DNA of 64,000 bases from assembly GCF_006345805.1 (NCBI RefSeq), contig NC_043004.1, positions 101,742,001-101,806,000 of the forward strand, in the 5' to 3' direction. This DNA is from Octopus sinensis. Taxonomy: Eukaryota. The notes beneath the pieces are model-generated. The model saw nothing but the letters and a program-made list of their open reading frames with translations. It made no database searches and had not been told where the DNA came from. Shown here one piece after another: positions 62,398 through 64,000 of this stretch (positions are counted from its first letter, which is position 1; each line of letters begins with the position of its first letter). The position numbers were made by a program, and so were the translations under genes.

Positions 62398-62635
62398 CTG
62401 AAATAGATAATATTTTTTTTCGTTTCCCTATATTTGAATTATTATTAAATCAATATAGACAAGCAAAATATTCTAGTATTTATAACTGAATTGATACTTC
62501 AGGTTAGCGTTTCTGTTTGTGCTATACTGCAAATATTTTTGTAAAAGACAGCCGTTTATGGAGTGGACCAATTGGATTGGTTTTTAGATACGAAGCAAAG
62601 CTGTGATTAGATCGATAAGCATAACAACAGGTATA

Positions 62636-63050
62636 CTCTCTTTTACTCTTACTCTTTTACTTGTTTCAGTCATTTGACTGCGGCCATGCTGGAGCACCGC
62701 CTTTAGTCGAGCAACTCGACCCCGGAACTTATTCTTTGTAAGCCCAGTACTTATTCTATCGGCCTCTTTGGCCGAACCGCTAAGTGACGGGGACGTAAAC
62801 ACACCAGCATCGGTTGTCAAGCAATGCTAGGGGGACAAACACAGACACACGAACACACACACACATACACATATATATATATACATATATACGACAGGCT
62901 TCTTTCAGTTTCCGTCTACCAAATCCACTCACAAGGCATTGGTCGGCCCGGGGCTATAGCAGAAGACACTTACCCAAGATGCCACGCAGTGGGACTGAAC
63001 CCGGAACCATGTGGTTGGTTAGCAAGCTACTTACCACACAGCCACTCCTG
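62636..63050 (-). mobile_element. SINE family D
   Basis: Near-identical to 18977-19385. Confidence 0.9.
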
Positions 63051-63786
63051 CTGTATTAATATCAATAATATTAATACGTTAACATTTTGTTTTTGCGGGT
63101 ACCTGTTGTGTGCGTCACACTTCTTTGAAGTGGCAACGCGAGAGAGAGGATGACAGGGAGGGAGTAAGAGAGAAAGAGAGAGGGAGGGAGAGAGGGAAAG
63201 AGAGAGATAAAGAGAGAGTGTGAGAGAAAGTGAGAGAGTGACAGGGAAAGAGAGAGACAGAGAGTGAAAGAGACATCACTAGTGACGGCGTTCGTTTATA
63301 AAAATAGACTTGCATACTCATTCTTTTTCGTTTCTCTTATATTTCCATTTTACAACTTATCTGTAAATATCTGCTTGAATTTTTCCTATTAGCTCATTTG
63401 TTTTTCCTTATTGACTTTTATTATTCTTCCTTAAATTCTACACACTGATGAGAATGACAATACATAACTTTAATTATAATTATTATTAATACATAACTTT
63501 AATTACATTTTATTATTATTATTATTATTTTTTCATACATAGTCGAATTGTCTTTTGAAACGTTCGTATGTATTAAATTCAATTTTGATTTTAACATCTA
63601 TCCATTTTTATACTTGTTTATGGTATCTTTATACCTATAACGAAATTTTTCAATTGTTATTTTCATATTCTTACTACTTGCTCCGGCTGATTTTTATGAA
63701 TATGATGAATTTTTATTGGAAATTAATTTCTCTCTTTATGGACTCATCAAAATGTTTGAAATGTTCTATTTGAACTTATTTTTCCT

Positions 63787-63841
<55 letters not shown>

Positions 63842-63908
63842 ACCTCGTGTGTACCGTTGGCGATTTTTTTCCTCTGTCTTCTCTTCTCTGGATCTTTCCT
63901 TTTCCTAT

Positions 63909-63943
63909 GTTTCCGACGAAGAGCTCCGCTCGAAACGTTAAAC
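63909..63943 (+). ncRNA. Minimal hammerhead motif (U4C)
   Basis: gttt-CCGACGA-a-gagc-tcc-gctc-GAAA-cg-TT-aaac. Confidence 0.6.
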
Positions 63944-64000
63944 CCTCCTTCTTTCCTGAGCGTCCAATAATACTATATTTGTTCCACGTCCTCGTGTTGT

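Overview
Eukaryotic, AT-rich, microsatellite-laden DNA. The SINE families and the atp6/trnF/nad5/trnH/nad4 order of an embedded mitochondrial insertion point to a mollusc, most likely an octopus (inference). The host gene is a minus-strand DBH-like copper monooxygenase (MOXD1-like): 10 GT-AG exons (40974 down to 2388) splice in frame to about 487 aa, with a signal peptide, a DOMON domain and all six copper ligands. The gene runs off the left edge. At the right end are the probable last exons of a tandem paralog. Its terminal exon is duplicated, and a roughly 3.9 kb decayed NUMT sits between the two copies. Most of the rest is mobile DNA: a nearly intact CR1-group LINE with an unusual Myb/SANT + CCCH ORF1 and a tandem-repeat 5' end; L1/Tx1, R4/Dong, RTE, Penelope and Gypsy fragments; two full-length mariners; MITEs; a Helitron end; and five tRNA-derived SINE families. 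Reading by eye finds seven type I hammerhead-ribozyme motifs of the Penelope/retrozyme kind, ranging from intact to decayed, four of them sense to the monooxygenase pre-mRNA. No database searches were run; family names come from motif recognition.
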